Assembly (NCBI GenBank): GCA_051362555.1
Contig: CM120646.1
Span: forward strand, 17,980,001-18,044,000
Length of the DNA stretch: 64,000 nucleotides
DNA from: Lingula anatina
Taxonomy: Eukaryota > Animalia > Brachiopoda
Direction: 5' to 3'
In this document: positions 15,501-28,895 of the stretch, piece by piece
How positions within the stretch are numbered: position 1 is the stretch's first letter
Layout of the letters: each line of letters starts with the position of its first letter
Program-made: the position numbers and the translations under genes
Notes under the pieces: generated by a model
Told to the model about the DNA's origin: nothing
What the model saw: only the letters and a program-made list of their open reading frames with translations
The model's database searches: none

Positions 15501-17817
15501 ATTAAGACAGAAAGAATGTAGGATGTTATAAAGAGTTTCCAGAGGAGTGAAGATGAAATAAATTAATTTCAACCTGAATTGGAAAAAATAAGTTTTATGC
15601 AAAAACAAGAATATTTGAAATTCTTGGCATGTAGCTTTTGAGAGCTGTGTAATTTAGTATTTTTAGAAGTTTTTTATAAAGACATGATTTATTTTGACAA
15701 TAATTTCACTGCTTTACTTTTATTTTAAAAAAGAAAAAAGTTTTGTTATGATGGGCAGTTTATATATATATATAAAGAAATTGATCTGGAAATAAACTAT
15801 ATTTGAAAGGAATAAATATGGCAATTTGTTTTACAGCCCATTGACTATGATGGCTTCAAGAAGTTCATGGAGTTCTACATGGAAGCAGCCATACCAGAGG
15901 ATTTGTGTCGACACCTTTTTATCTCCTTCATGAAAAAACCTCCAAAGCCTTCTCTGGGTAAGAATCAGTGTTCAGTGACTGACGTAGCGGCAATGGCGTC
16001 GCAAACTGCGTGTGCACCCATCACGCATAGGTCGCAGGAATTCATATTTGCAATGCCCGAGTCGAAACACGACAATAGTAAGCATCACAGCTTCGCAGGC
16101 AAGTTGCACGGACTTACGGAAAAATTACACGCGCTGGGCCACTCCCGTCATGAGAGTTCTGGTGGGGAGACAGGGAAACGTGGCCACACAGGTACTCCTT
16201 CACTTTAACCCATCATATATCTGTATATTTATGTACTAACGGATCATATATTATGCTGTCTTATGCCAGCCTGTTCTCTGCCTCTTCTGATGTGCCTCCC
16301 CTTCCTCTTCTTCCCACACAAAGAAACAGGGGTTATACAACGTTTGCCTTCCTTCTCTTGGATACTTTTTGCTTATTTATTTATTTATTTACTTGAATGT
16401 TTGTTTGTTAACTTGAATTTGATTGATGTTTTGATATAAATTGTGGTTTTTCTGCCATTTTTGAGGAAAATATTTTACAACATGTAATTAAAGCTAATTG
16501 AAAAAGTTGTAAAATCAACAAATTCTAACCGCAAAGGATGCAAGCAGGTTAATTTTGTAAAAAATGTAATTCAACCAAAATTAGCATGAATTGTTTCTGA
16601 CTTCTTATTCTCATGTATTGGTTGCAGATTCAAGATTAGTTCTTAGTCAGTATTACATTTTATGCTCATGCAACAAAATATATCTTCCAAATTTTATTAT
16701 TGGAGGGGTTGGGGGAGGGGGGGGTCTCTAGAACAGGCTGACAAGTTTTATGTTCTATTTTATCTATTGTCTGCGTCATTGTTATACGATGCCCCCATCA
16801 TTGGTGGGATATTTTGGGTTGAAAGAGGCTAACTTCTTACCATTCAAACATAACTTCTTTTATGTTCTTAAAACAGAAATTGTTAAAAGATTTTCAAAAA
16901 AATGTTTTTTAATCATAATATACTGTAAAATTGGAAATAAAATTGGATGGTTAACTTGAAATAGTATATAATTTCCACAAACTAGTTCCAAAATTTTCAC
17001 CAATGTTGGCAGGCTTCTCTTTGTGTGAATTATTAAGTCACTTGTGTGTTATTTGAATTCTGCTGATTTTTAAATTCTTGATGCCCCTGTAAATGGGTGC
17101 CATTTTCCTGGTTGAAGGTTGCACTGGCTTGGTTTTATCCTTTTTCTTTTTGGACAGTCTGGTGATATATTTGTAAAGTTTACTGGTGGTTTTGGAGGTC
17201 ATAGAAAAATATGAAAAAGAAGATCCTAAATAGTTTTTTATTAATTCGGCTGTCCAAAAAGTTTGTGAACACAGTATCTGTGCTTTTTAAAAGGACTTGT
17301 GAAGAAACCACAAAGTTTAAAAATGGGCTTATGTCCTTGGTGTCATGCTGCCTTTTGATTTCCCATTGGGTGAAGTTTTTATGATTTGTTTATGGAAAAA
17401 ATAGGTTTTTGTTTGAACTCCTGGTTAATGATAAGCATAACCATTTAAGCAAGAAGTTTTTTGCTTACCTTTTGAACCCCTCCTCCGCACCACCAGGTGT
17501 CTCTTGTACGATCACCTTCCAAGACGACACCAAACCAGTGCACTCTTCAAAATAAGCCTTGTACAAACAATCATCAGCTCAAGAGTGAGGCGTGCATTCA
17601 TATTCACTGTATTTAATGCTTGTTTGTCTATGTGACTGTTCCGTCTTCGCCTTTAATAAAGGATCCAACTCTGCTTCCCATCATCCCGCCATAACAGTGT
17701 CGACGCCTATGCTGGACAAGATTCACAAATCCGACGACACAACTCCGGACGTCTCGAGTCACTCCCGTTCCTCTTCCAAGAAATCAAACCATAGCATACA
17801 CAGTTTACACCTCCCTG
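11478..17817 (+). CDS. Dgk: DGK coding exons 1-4: N-terminal recoverin-homology region and Ser/His-rich insertion
   Basis: [47 protein letters not shown]|[31 protein letters not shown]...[16 protein letters not shown]...[11 protein letters not shown]; splice phases compatible (intron 2 is GC-AG). Confidence 0.88.
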
Positions 17818-20800
17818 GTAAGCAAGTTCTATGGCAGAGGGGTGTCTGAAGTTGGTAACCATATTTATGCTTGGCGGCCATGTTGGAATTGGCACTGTGG
17901 GTAGTGGTGGGGGTACAAAGTCCAATTCAACAAGACCTAAAAATGATATGCTGCTATTTATGTTGTTGGGTTTGAATTTTTTGGTGAAATATTTTGATTG
18001 AAAAATATTTTATGTTATTTAATTCCCTTTCCCCCCTTTTTTTAAATAAGGAAAATGATTAATAGATAAATAAACGACACCTATGTATAGTTCTTTGGTT
18101 CTTGGGCAAAAGGCAACTAAAAGACAGGTTTCATGATTTCTTTCTCAGTATTCTCAACCAAAAAATTAAATGGGAAAGAGAAAAAAAAGGATTAAAAAAA
18201 TCAGAAGTAATGAAGGCATAATAGTGCCTGGTTTAAAATCTCAAAAACTTGACCAAAATGATAATAACAAACTCTATATTATATTAAATTGCTATATTTC
18301 AGGCAAATTGTCCCCACTTTCTTATTTTGAAATCAGTACCATCACATTCAATTGTCATGAGAGGGTCATTCCACAGTATACATCTTTTTGCCAACTCTGT
18401 AACTCCTTCATCACTTCACATTCCTTGTAAAAGGGCAAATAATAAAAACAGTTGCATGTTATTCCAGTATTTGTGAAGTACATTGAAATAGCATGGAAGA
18501 GGCTTAAAGCTGTATGCAGGAATATGAAATTTAATGTTATAATAATCATTGGGACAAATACTTTTTTTGATAGCCTGAAAGTGCACTGAAAGCAAATAAT
18601 GGTGTAATTTTATGCAACTTATTTAGTCTCCAAAAGTCAACTAAGGCATGTTCAGTCAATTTCCAGTATAAGCAAATTCTCAATTTTACAGTGGGGAAAA
18701 TGGAAAAAAAATTACAAAATAGGTGCTGCGATAAGGAAAAATACTGTGGAGTGCCCTACAGATAAACTGAAGATTATTTATGGATAGTTTTATGCCACCT
18801 CTTTTGATACTTGAACCAAAAAAAAAGAAAAAATGTCAGGGCCCAGACATAATATGGTTACTGGCCATGACACAAGTCCTCAGTCTTCATGTTCTTGCAT
18901 GTTTCTGACATTGTAAATCTATCTCTTACTCAGTGGATGTTCCCCAAATCCTTCTGCTGCAAAATGCTTTTTTTTCACCAGCTGAAACAATATGTCCATG
19001 TCTTTATTTGCTCAAAAGTTGAAATAACAGTTTTTTGGGGGGTTGGTTTTATTTTTTTATTGTGTCCTTGACAAGAAGAAATAACAAAAACAAAAGCACA
19101 CTTTCTTGTGGCAGATTGTTTTCATGCACTGTGACTGCACATTTTTATCTGTCTGTGTCACATTTCTGCTTTGAGCTGATACATTTTCAGTGACTAGGGG
19201 TTGACTGGAAAATGAACTTGTCAGGTGTTATTAGTGAAATTTCAATCAAAATTGATTATTGGCCAACCTTTTATGGTCATTTTTTAAAAAGTCTTTTTAA
19301 TGAAAAGATTCAAAATTTTAGAGAAAAAAAATAGACACTGGTAATTTGTCCATGGATAAAGTCTTTGAAGATGTATATAAAATTGTCCAGTCTCCTTGGG
19401 GCTGAATTGTTCAGCAGTCAATGGTCAGGTTGGAAAAGCTCTTTATTGTCGTTGTGATGGGAGATTGTGAATTGTATGCCACTTGTTTATTGCTGCACAG
19501 ATTTCTCGTTGCCTAGAATGTTGTTAATTTTATGACATTGCTCGTAACCTGGATTTTATTTTCGTACACTCCAGTGGTTTTTGGATGGTGTCCATATTGT
19601 GCTGTTCATTTCTCTTTTTATGCCTTCTTGAACCTTTTTTGATAGGTTTTGTTTTATGTTATTCTTTCCTTTTGTTCTATTTTTGTGCATGTGAATCTCT
19701 ACTGTCACAGCAGCTAAAGCTTAGGTTTGGATCATTTGTCTGTGATTATTTTTATTATTTTTTTGCTTCTCCAAGCACCATTTGCTTTCTGTTCCTTGAA
19801 TGTTCTCCGTTGTGTTTTTGTATTTGTGAATGTCACTTTGTCAACTGTTTGTTTGATTGTCACTTAATGTTCATGACAGCAAGCACCTTGCACTGCATGT
19901 TGTATATGGAGATTATTATTCATCAAAGGCACATTTCCAGTTGTTGTGGCTTAACTGAATATACACATATACTTGTGCTTACAATATCTATTCATAAGAA
20001 GTTTATCTTAAGGCGTGTCACTTGCCTTGATATAGTGTACATGGGTGGGGCAACTGAGTGATTAGATTGGCTTCTTATGGTTGGAAATTGTGGTATCATC
20101 AGGCTTACGGTGAAAGTATGTACTTTCAGTGTAGCCAACACAACTTAATTGGGAATGTGCCTAATTTTGATCATTTGTATCACAATGATTTTACTAAAAT
20201 TTAAATATGCACAACTTTTTTGTTTAAACCAACATGGTTGTTGTACAAAGGGAAGTGGGAAGAAGGTGTATGATTTACAAAAAAAAAAAAAGATTGAATA
20301 TTCTGGTTGGTCATTCTGACTGGGCTTGGGGGAATATTTGTGAAGTGAAACATCATTTTATATCTATTTATATATCAGTTTGCATCACTTTAGCATTGAT
20401 TTTCGCGGTGATACCCTCATTTAAAATTCCCAATGCCATGCCAAAATATTAAGTCATATCTCCTGAGAATGACACTGTTAATGCTGAATTCTTATCATAC
20501 AGTCAAATTAAAAGAACTTGCTCACCAGTGACATAAATCAACATGTTTCCCATCTCCACTCTTGTACATACAAAGCCTAACTTGGATCCTGTATTTACTG
20601 TTCATGGAGCTACATTCAGCACTGTTTAACATGATACACTGTTTAACACAAAACTAGCTTCAGGATGTTGACTAATTGATATGCAGTTCTAAAGTTAGAT
20701 TCTCTGCACAAAGATTAATACGTGGATGGTTTAATTTGCTGTTAAGTCACAGCAGAAATGGATGTCACTGACCTGTTGCTAGGGTGGATCTGACTTGTGT

Positions 20801-23800
20801 AATAGCACTTGTCAAGAATAAGGGTGCGTCTCCAATGAATCTTTGGAGCGTGCGACACGCATCCTCCAGCAGCTAGTGGGTGGTTAACTTTGGTGTTGGG
20901 TCACACAATGTGAAACAACATCCAGAAGCCAACTGCATACGGATGTAAATCAATCCCTAGATGCTTAAGGAGGCGTGTCCCTGAGGAGTTGGATCAATCT
21001 ACCTTGAACAATAGTTCCAACAGGAACGCACCTTAAAAGACCCAAAACATGGCTGAATCTCTCATTTCTTTGTTACATAAACATGGAAGCAAGATATGCT
21101 CTGACTTTGGTTGTCAACATTTGCCCTGGTAAAACTAGACTGCCCAGTTTAAACTAAATCCACGAATTCAATCAAATAGTCAGTTTCCTTGAGCTATTCC
21201 CAGAATTGTTGTTGCAAACTATAATTATAACCAAGCATTGCTGGCAAACATAGGGAGTCTCCCTTTTGAAAGTAGTCCTGACACCATTATATATCAATTC
21301 CCATCGATAGGGTGACTCCGGTTTCTGTCAACATACACACTTAATGATAAAATCTAGCAAATAATTTTATTTTAAAAGAAGTCTTGGTTATAAAAGTTGA
21401 AATGGTGCTGAATGCAGTTGAACTTGCTATAGTACCATGGCATCTACACATAGTCGTAATTACGCAATTGGCACCCAAGCTGGTAAAATTGTATCTACGG
21501 AAAAATTTCACCTGTAGCTCAAGGCAATGTTTTGTCTAAGAATAATGAAGACTTTATTGATTTTGTTTTTGTCAGGTTGCCAATGAAAATCACATTGATT
21601 TTGTTTTTCGCCGGGTTGCCAGTACTTTGACAGAAATTGATAATGATAGATTCCTTTATTTGATTTGCTGAGGAAAAAATAAAAAAAAAGGAGCAGAAAT
21701 ATTTCAATTTAATCCCCGTGATGTGTTTTTGCATACAGTTTTGTGTGTAGATAAAATTGTATTGTATGATATTACTTGATTATGTGAATGGTAATGCAAT
21801 GTGATCAGCATTCACTCTGAACCCTACTGTGCCAAGGCATATGAGATCTAAGTGCCCTCACACATTATAATTGTCTTCTTCAAGTAGCAGATGTCTGTAC
21901 ACAGGAGCTACACAATATTAAATTGTGTAGATAAATGTAATTTTTGGAAAGGAAATTATTGTTGGCCTTAAAGACTGAAAAAAAAAAAAAACAACAACTG
22001 AATTTGGTTATCAGGGTTCAGTGTGAATGCAGCCTACGCGCACTGTAGATGTACTGTAGATGTAGTGTAGCTTAGCATGTGGCCAGTGTGGTCTCTGCGC
22101 CAAGGTAAGTCAACGAAAAACAACCTCCTCACGGCTCCTCATCGCATGCTGCCAGCTGTTACAAGGTGAGATTCACAGCACAGGCTGGATGAAAGTAACA
22201 TTTACACTCATAGTATTGAGGCACTTGCATGTCCAAGAGAAACAAAGGTCTTGTTTTAATAGCATTTTGGTTATTATCGTTACTATTAAACATTTCTAAT
22301 GTAAATTGAAGGAAGAAAATTTCACAATTTGCAATATCATAAAAAATTTTTGTTTTTTGTTTGGGGAAGATTTAACATAAATTATAATGAAGCACTTTTT
22401 ATTATTTGAGAATATTTAGTACTGCATTTAGAATATATTTAACACTAAACTGCAAAGTCATGCTCGGCACTTTGTTTAGGGAACTTATTTCTGTGTGACT
22501 TGGGTATGCAATCACCCTGAATTATGTGTAAATGTTTCAAAAATGAAGCATGTAAGTACTAAACTATTTCTAGTCCAGGACTATTTGTGCTACATTGTAA
22601 ATATATTTTTTATAGATTATATCAACAGTTTAATACATATTGAACATACGAACATATTAAACATATGAAAATTAGATTGTTAGTTTAATACTTGCTTTAA
22701 AATATCGCTTGTTTTTTGATATTATATTTCAATATGTAATGATTCTTTAAAAGTAATTGTAGCAATCTTTAGTAGCATTTAAAGCATATTAAAAATTGAA
22801 TTAAATGTTTTAGAAGCATTTTTTTCTGGGAGAAAGTTATGTGATAAAACTAAGCTTTTGTAAATAAAATGTCATACTTTCAAATTTCCTTGCTATTTCA
22901 TTTCCACTTTTGCATGCGATGCCTTTTAAAAATTTGAGCTCTATAATATCATTGCCTTACTATATTGAATGCTTTTTTCTAATTGTTATTTAACATGCAT
23001 TCTTAGTATCTTTAAGTGTCATGTCCAAACTTCTGTCAAAATATGACCTCATATAGAATGTTATCCATGAAATTTCAGCAACCCATTGTGAAAAGTTCAA
23101 GCCCTTAATTCACTCAGTTTGGCATTCATTTTGAGCATCCATTTCATATTGTATTAAATTTCCCCCTCTAGGAAATATTTTTCGCAAATCATCATTTATT
23201 TCCATTAAAAAATAATTTAGAGAAACAAAATGAGAAAAGGAAAGGGAAAAAAAGAAACATTTTGAAATCCTGTGGATTATGTTTTTTCCCCATAATATAA
23301 TTTCTAAAAAAAAAAAAAAAAAAAAATTTTTCTGTTTTCATTCCAGTAACAAACTTAAAATTATGTTACCCATTTCAATTTCTTTCTTTGTAATTTCAAT
23401 TTCAAATCGTTGCCATTTTAAAAAGCATCCATGCCCCCCTACTCCCACTGTTGCCAGGGCAACTCCCACTAACCACTAACATGTCATCTATTAACCCATT
23501 GCTAGACTCAAATGACCCCTGGATTCGCCAGAGCACCTCCTCTCTCTTGCAAGGTCTAGGGGGGAAGATGAAGCGCCAGAGCATCGATGTGAAGAGCGGC
23601 AACATACTCATTAAGGATCTGGTCTGTTACTTGTCGTTGCTGGAAGCCGGGAGGCCTGAGGACAAATTAGAATGTGAGTTGGTAATATTTATGTATTTCG
23701 GATCATTGCCAATGAAACTTTCATGTTATGTAGATCAAGCCAACTCCATGGGGACTCTCGCTGAATGCAATCAGATGAACAGATTAACACGCATCCTCTT

Positions 23801-25204
23801 GTTTGCAAGGTACTCATATATTCACCAGCTTTTCTGTATTCTACTCGAGGTCAGAAAGAGGCATGTTAATCTGTTATTCTGATTACATTCAGTGAGAGTC
23901 TCCGTGGAGTTGGATTGATCTATGTAGAATGATATTTTCATTGGGAATGAGCCTTTAGGCTGTCTACTAGAATAAGTGCAGTTAAGTTCAGATGAAATTA
24001 CATGTTTTATTGTTTATAATCATGTTATTATTATGACATTAACAGTAATGGTTGGAGAGTTAAATAGAATGGAAGTTGGTTTTATTTTATTATTCATCTT
24101 TGCAAGAATGTCAAGTATATTTTCGTTGTATAATACATAGCCTTTTTTGTACCTGAAATGTTTACTGTAAGGTAAATTGTTAGTCATAGTATAGAGACTA
24201 TTGATGATTATGTTGAAGCTCCTTCCAGTAATCGTGAATTTGAATCTTTTTAATGAATCATCACTACACGAGTTGATTTTTTTTTAATTGGTCAAAACTA
24301 TTTGACCTAAAGGAGGGTTTTCTCCCTGACTTATATTGGATGTTTGTTGACATTTTTCCAGTTATGTTCAGGTTATATGATACAGATGGCAATGGTCTGC
24401 TGGATGCTACAGTAAGTACATAGAACCAGGTCCCCGTAACTCGATAGCAACCAATGCGCAAGCGTCTCTATTCCATAACTCGCCCATACTCGCCCCATAT
24501 TATACATTGTAGCCTCTATGTGATATCTCTATTCGCAATATTCTATGCTTTCGAGCTACGGGGCCTAGGTCCAATATGTCTGTTTTGAATTGCTGTTATC
24601 AGATATATGACAAATTTAATTGAAGAAAAAAATGAAACCTTGAAACAATTACATCTTTGAATTATATGAGAGAGTAGCAGTTCTGAAGAGAATCAATGAA
24701 TATGTAAATAAAATGATAGAGAAGGAAGCGCAGTAAGATGCTAAAACGTTAAAGTAGGCTTTATATCTTGTCTGCTCAGTTTTCCTTATCTGTTATTTAA
24801 TATATAATCTTCCTTGATTGCCACCAAATAATGAGGTGTGACATTTCCACTGTTACATCTTTAGTGTATGTCTGATTTAAATTCTTAAATTAAACATTCA
24901 GTTATTTTCTTTGTACATTTATTGATATATAATTTTATTTGTAGGAGTTGGACTGTATAGTTAGTCAGATGATGACTGTGGCGGAATATCTCGGCTGGGA
25001 TGTGACTGAACTTAGGCCTGTGAGTATTTATATTACCTAACATTATCAAGGAGTGTCTCACTCTTTAGTAGAAAATACATTTACTGATCAGTTGTTTCAG
25101 ATATCCATTGTTTGTTTTGAAATTTGCTCACACAAGTTTTCAAGATAATTGTTTCTTTTTTTCTTCTATATAACCAAGTATCTCGCCTTGATTCCTTTGA
25201 ATAT

Positions 25205-25267
<63 letters not shown>

Positions 25268-28200
25268 TATTTTCATGCCTGTCAAGCCTTGTAGTCTAGC
25301 ACAAACTCAATCTCTGAGGGAACATTCTGTTATTTTATTATGAATCAGTTGTAATGTAAGACTAAGATATAACCCCATGGCTAATAAATAACCTATGAAT
25401 AATTCACAGTTTGTAAAGCAGGAGATTTGATATTTAAGACCAAAATAAATAATTCAACAAAGTAGAATGATTCAGTTGTTGTTTCCCATTCCAGATATTA
25501 AAGGACATGATGGTAGAGATTGACTATGACAATGATGGCACTGTGTCACTGGAGGAGTGGAAACGCGGCGGAATGACGACCATACCCTTACTAGTACTGC
25601 TGGGATTAGATACTGTACGTAACCCACACATTTGCACACGTTCACACATACACAAACACAAACACACGGACAAGCATATAAGTGCATATTTGAGAACACA
25701 TTTACAGATAAACACACAGTCATGCTTCTTCTTCAACAGGAGGTAATTAAGTACCCAAAATCATTTATTAATAATTTGTTTTTCTAGGAATAGATACATA
25801 CAAAAGCTCTTGAATATCTGTTATGTATTTGTTTAATGTAAGATGGTCTCAACGTCTTGCAGGATCAACCAAACCTTCTTATATCACATATACTGAATAT
25901 CACATATACTGAATATCTGTAATTTAGGGGAATTTAATTGTTGTATGTGATGCTGTTTTTATTTTGTTGTAGAATGTTAAAGATGACGGGCAGCATGTGT
26001 GGAGGTTGAAACATTTTAACAAACCAGCTTACTGCAACCTCTGCCTCAATCTCCTGGTGGGACTGGGAAAACAAGGGCTAAGCTGTACATGTAAGTAGTG
26101 AAACTGTTATATATATATATATATTTATTTTTTTTTTAAATATAATTTCATTTGATTTTACTTTATTTTATTTTGGATGAGTGGTTGGTAGCCCCCTTAT
26201 TTCATGAAATATGAGTTATGCAATCTACTGGATTTTGCGTAAAATGTTCATAAATGGGGAATATAGGAGAAGGGGAGGGTTTGTCTACTTTCAAGATTCA
26301 TATCAAATCGTGTAGATCTTTAAGAAGTTAATAAGTTATTATACTGATGCATCTATGAAGATCTGCTATAAAGATGTAATAACAAAGCTTTTTTTTTTTT
26401 TTTTTCAAAATTCCTGAAGAAGGCCTAGGGCCGAAAGCTTGGATTAGTTATTACATCTTTAAAGTAGATCTTCATAGATCCATCAGTATAATAACTTATT
26501 TGTTTCTTAGTCTAGAAATGAGGACAGGCTGTCAGTGACACTCTAAACCCTGACCCTGAATAAAGTTGGAAAGTACTACAACTCTATAACAAGATATTTT
26601 TTCAAAATAAGTTTTTTGAGCACTTATTTCACATATATATATTTATAAAAAAACAATTATAAGGGTGTCTTGTCCTAATATTTAAGTGTAGCACAGTTTT
26701 TCCATTTCATTTGCTATAAATATTATTGTTTAGTAAATTGTATTCATCCATATGTATTGAAGCATCTTATTTGGTATGCTGGCACAATCTTATACTTATT
26801 TCTACTAAAAAAAAACATTTACTTTATTGATATGTATTCACTGGTTGTATTAAATAATCACATTATGTGTACATTAGTAATAAGTTGGTCTGCTTTTGTC
26901 TATTGAGCCGAGATGCAGGTAGCATAAGGGTGTGGGGGTGTATTGAGCTTGTCTTAGGTCAAAGGTCAGGGGTCATGTGACCAAGGTAGGGCCATGAGAT
27001 AAGACAAGCCACTATTTACATGAAATCTTTTGCAAATCTAATCAGTGCAGTCACACAGTTTATGGGTTGTTGATTGCATTACATCTCTTCAGTTTCTTTG
27101 CATGTGGGCAGCTAATATTAAATGGTACTCAGTTGATTGCTCGATCTCATGCTGTGGATTGTACTTATTCTGATCATAAGGGAGGGATCCTGTCTTTGTA
27201 AATGTTTTGAACAAAGTGACAGACTCTGCATCTCAGCTCATAGTGTTTGTTTTATTGTGCATTTCTTGTTTTTTTTTTATTTTCAGTTTGTAAATACACT
27301 GTTCACGAACGTTGTGTTCACCGAGCACCGGCGTCATGCATTACTACATATGTCAAATCAAAAAAGACACCTCAGGTAGGAGACTAGCAGAGAACAGGAA
27401 AATTTAGAACACCCTATATCAGATGCAATAGCCAGTGCACACTGGCAAACTGAATAATTTTTTGTGACATTCTCCACAAAGCTATGATGGGAATTACTTT
27501 TTCTTCTGTTTAGTGTTGGTATATTTGCAAGATTTGATGTCTTTTTCGAACACTTTCTCACTCATCCTTATCTTTCATGTTTTAAATGAAAGACAGTCCT
27601 TCTCCTTAATTTCTTGTTCAAGTTCTACATGTGGCACTGACTCTATATATAACTTCTTTTCTCCCAGTTCCATTATTCCTGTCATCTTTCTATTCCACAT
27701 CTTTCAGTGTCTTCCTTGCTTCCCCTTGAATTACAATTTTCCCTTTGCTTCCTCTTGAATCTCGTATCTCTTTGTGTCCCCGTATAATCCTCCAAGGTTT
27801 CCAGACTTTTCATGTAACTTTTATTCTTAACATTGTCAGATTGGTATTGCTGCAACAAATAATCTGCAAAAAATTCTCAATTAGGAGTATTTAGCTAAGA
27901 GAAGGATTTACTAGTTTTGGTAAAAACCCTCTTTCGAGATTGTCTCAAATTTGAATTTTGACCTAATATGTTATATGGGGGAGCTAATTGGTATTAAACA
28001 TGTCTGATTGTCTGCCAAGTATGAAGTGTTTTTTTTTTTCATTTATTTTAGCACATTTTATTGCAAATTTTGAGAAAATTTCAGTCAGTGTGTGATTGCG
28101 TGAGGCCCACAAGTACACTTTTTATGTTTTGTTGAAAAATTAAAATTGATTATTAAAATAGCGTAACTCTAAATGAGTATATATATTTTGAGGTGTGGGA

Positions 28201-28824
28201 GAATTAAATTCTATTTTTGTGACAAAATATGGCATTGAATTTCTTACCGGCTCATAAAAGTATGAGTTTTCTGAAACAAAGAAAAAAGCTTAATGTATTT
28301 AAGTCATTCACACCATACAACGAAATGGATCATGTTGATCTCTGAATTTTCTATTAAATTTTTATAGGCTTGATAATGGGTCCTGCCACACCTTTGCCAA
28401 CTCTGGCTGAGTAAATTTCATATGAATGCCCAACTTTTAGTTTGGCAAAAGAAACTGTAAAACATTCAAGCTTTTTCAACAAGATTGATAATTGATTTTA
28501 AGGTCTGGCTTATCTTGAAGAAATGGGACATTTGGCTTAAAGGGATTATTTAATCTCTAAAGAAGCTGTTTTATACAATTTATCTGCTATTAAACAGGAA
28601 TGGCACACAAAGCAGCACTTGATCTTAATTAAGTTGCCTTGTACTTGAATGCTGATGTAGTGGAGTAAATGTTATAATACATGACATAAATTGTCCCTCA
28701 TTTAGGCCATGCTTCATCACTGGGTGGAGGGGAACTGCCCTGGGAAATGTGACCGCTGCAAGAAGTCTATCAAAACTTACAATGGAGTCACAGGATTACA
28801 TTGTCGTTGGTGCCAATTAAATGT

Positions 28825-28895
<71 letters not shown>

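Noticed and set aside
17497-17584. Possible cassette exon in DGK intron 3 (ccag|GTGTC...AAGA|gtgagg)
   Set aside because: Stop codon in the phase-1 frame and 88-nt length breaks the frame; could only be a poison exon, with no support.
19585-20061. 158-aa Cys/Phe-rich ORF in DGK intron 4
   Set aside because: Translation of T/G-rich intronic sequence; no recognisable motif or compatible splice structure.
20700-21350. Compositionally exon-like stretch in DGK intron 4
   Set aside because: Short frames with stops; I found no phase-1 acceptor giving a sensible reading.
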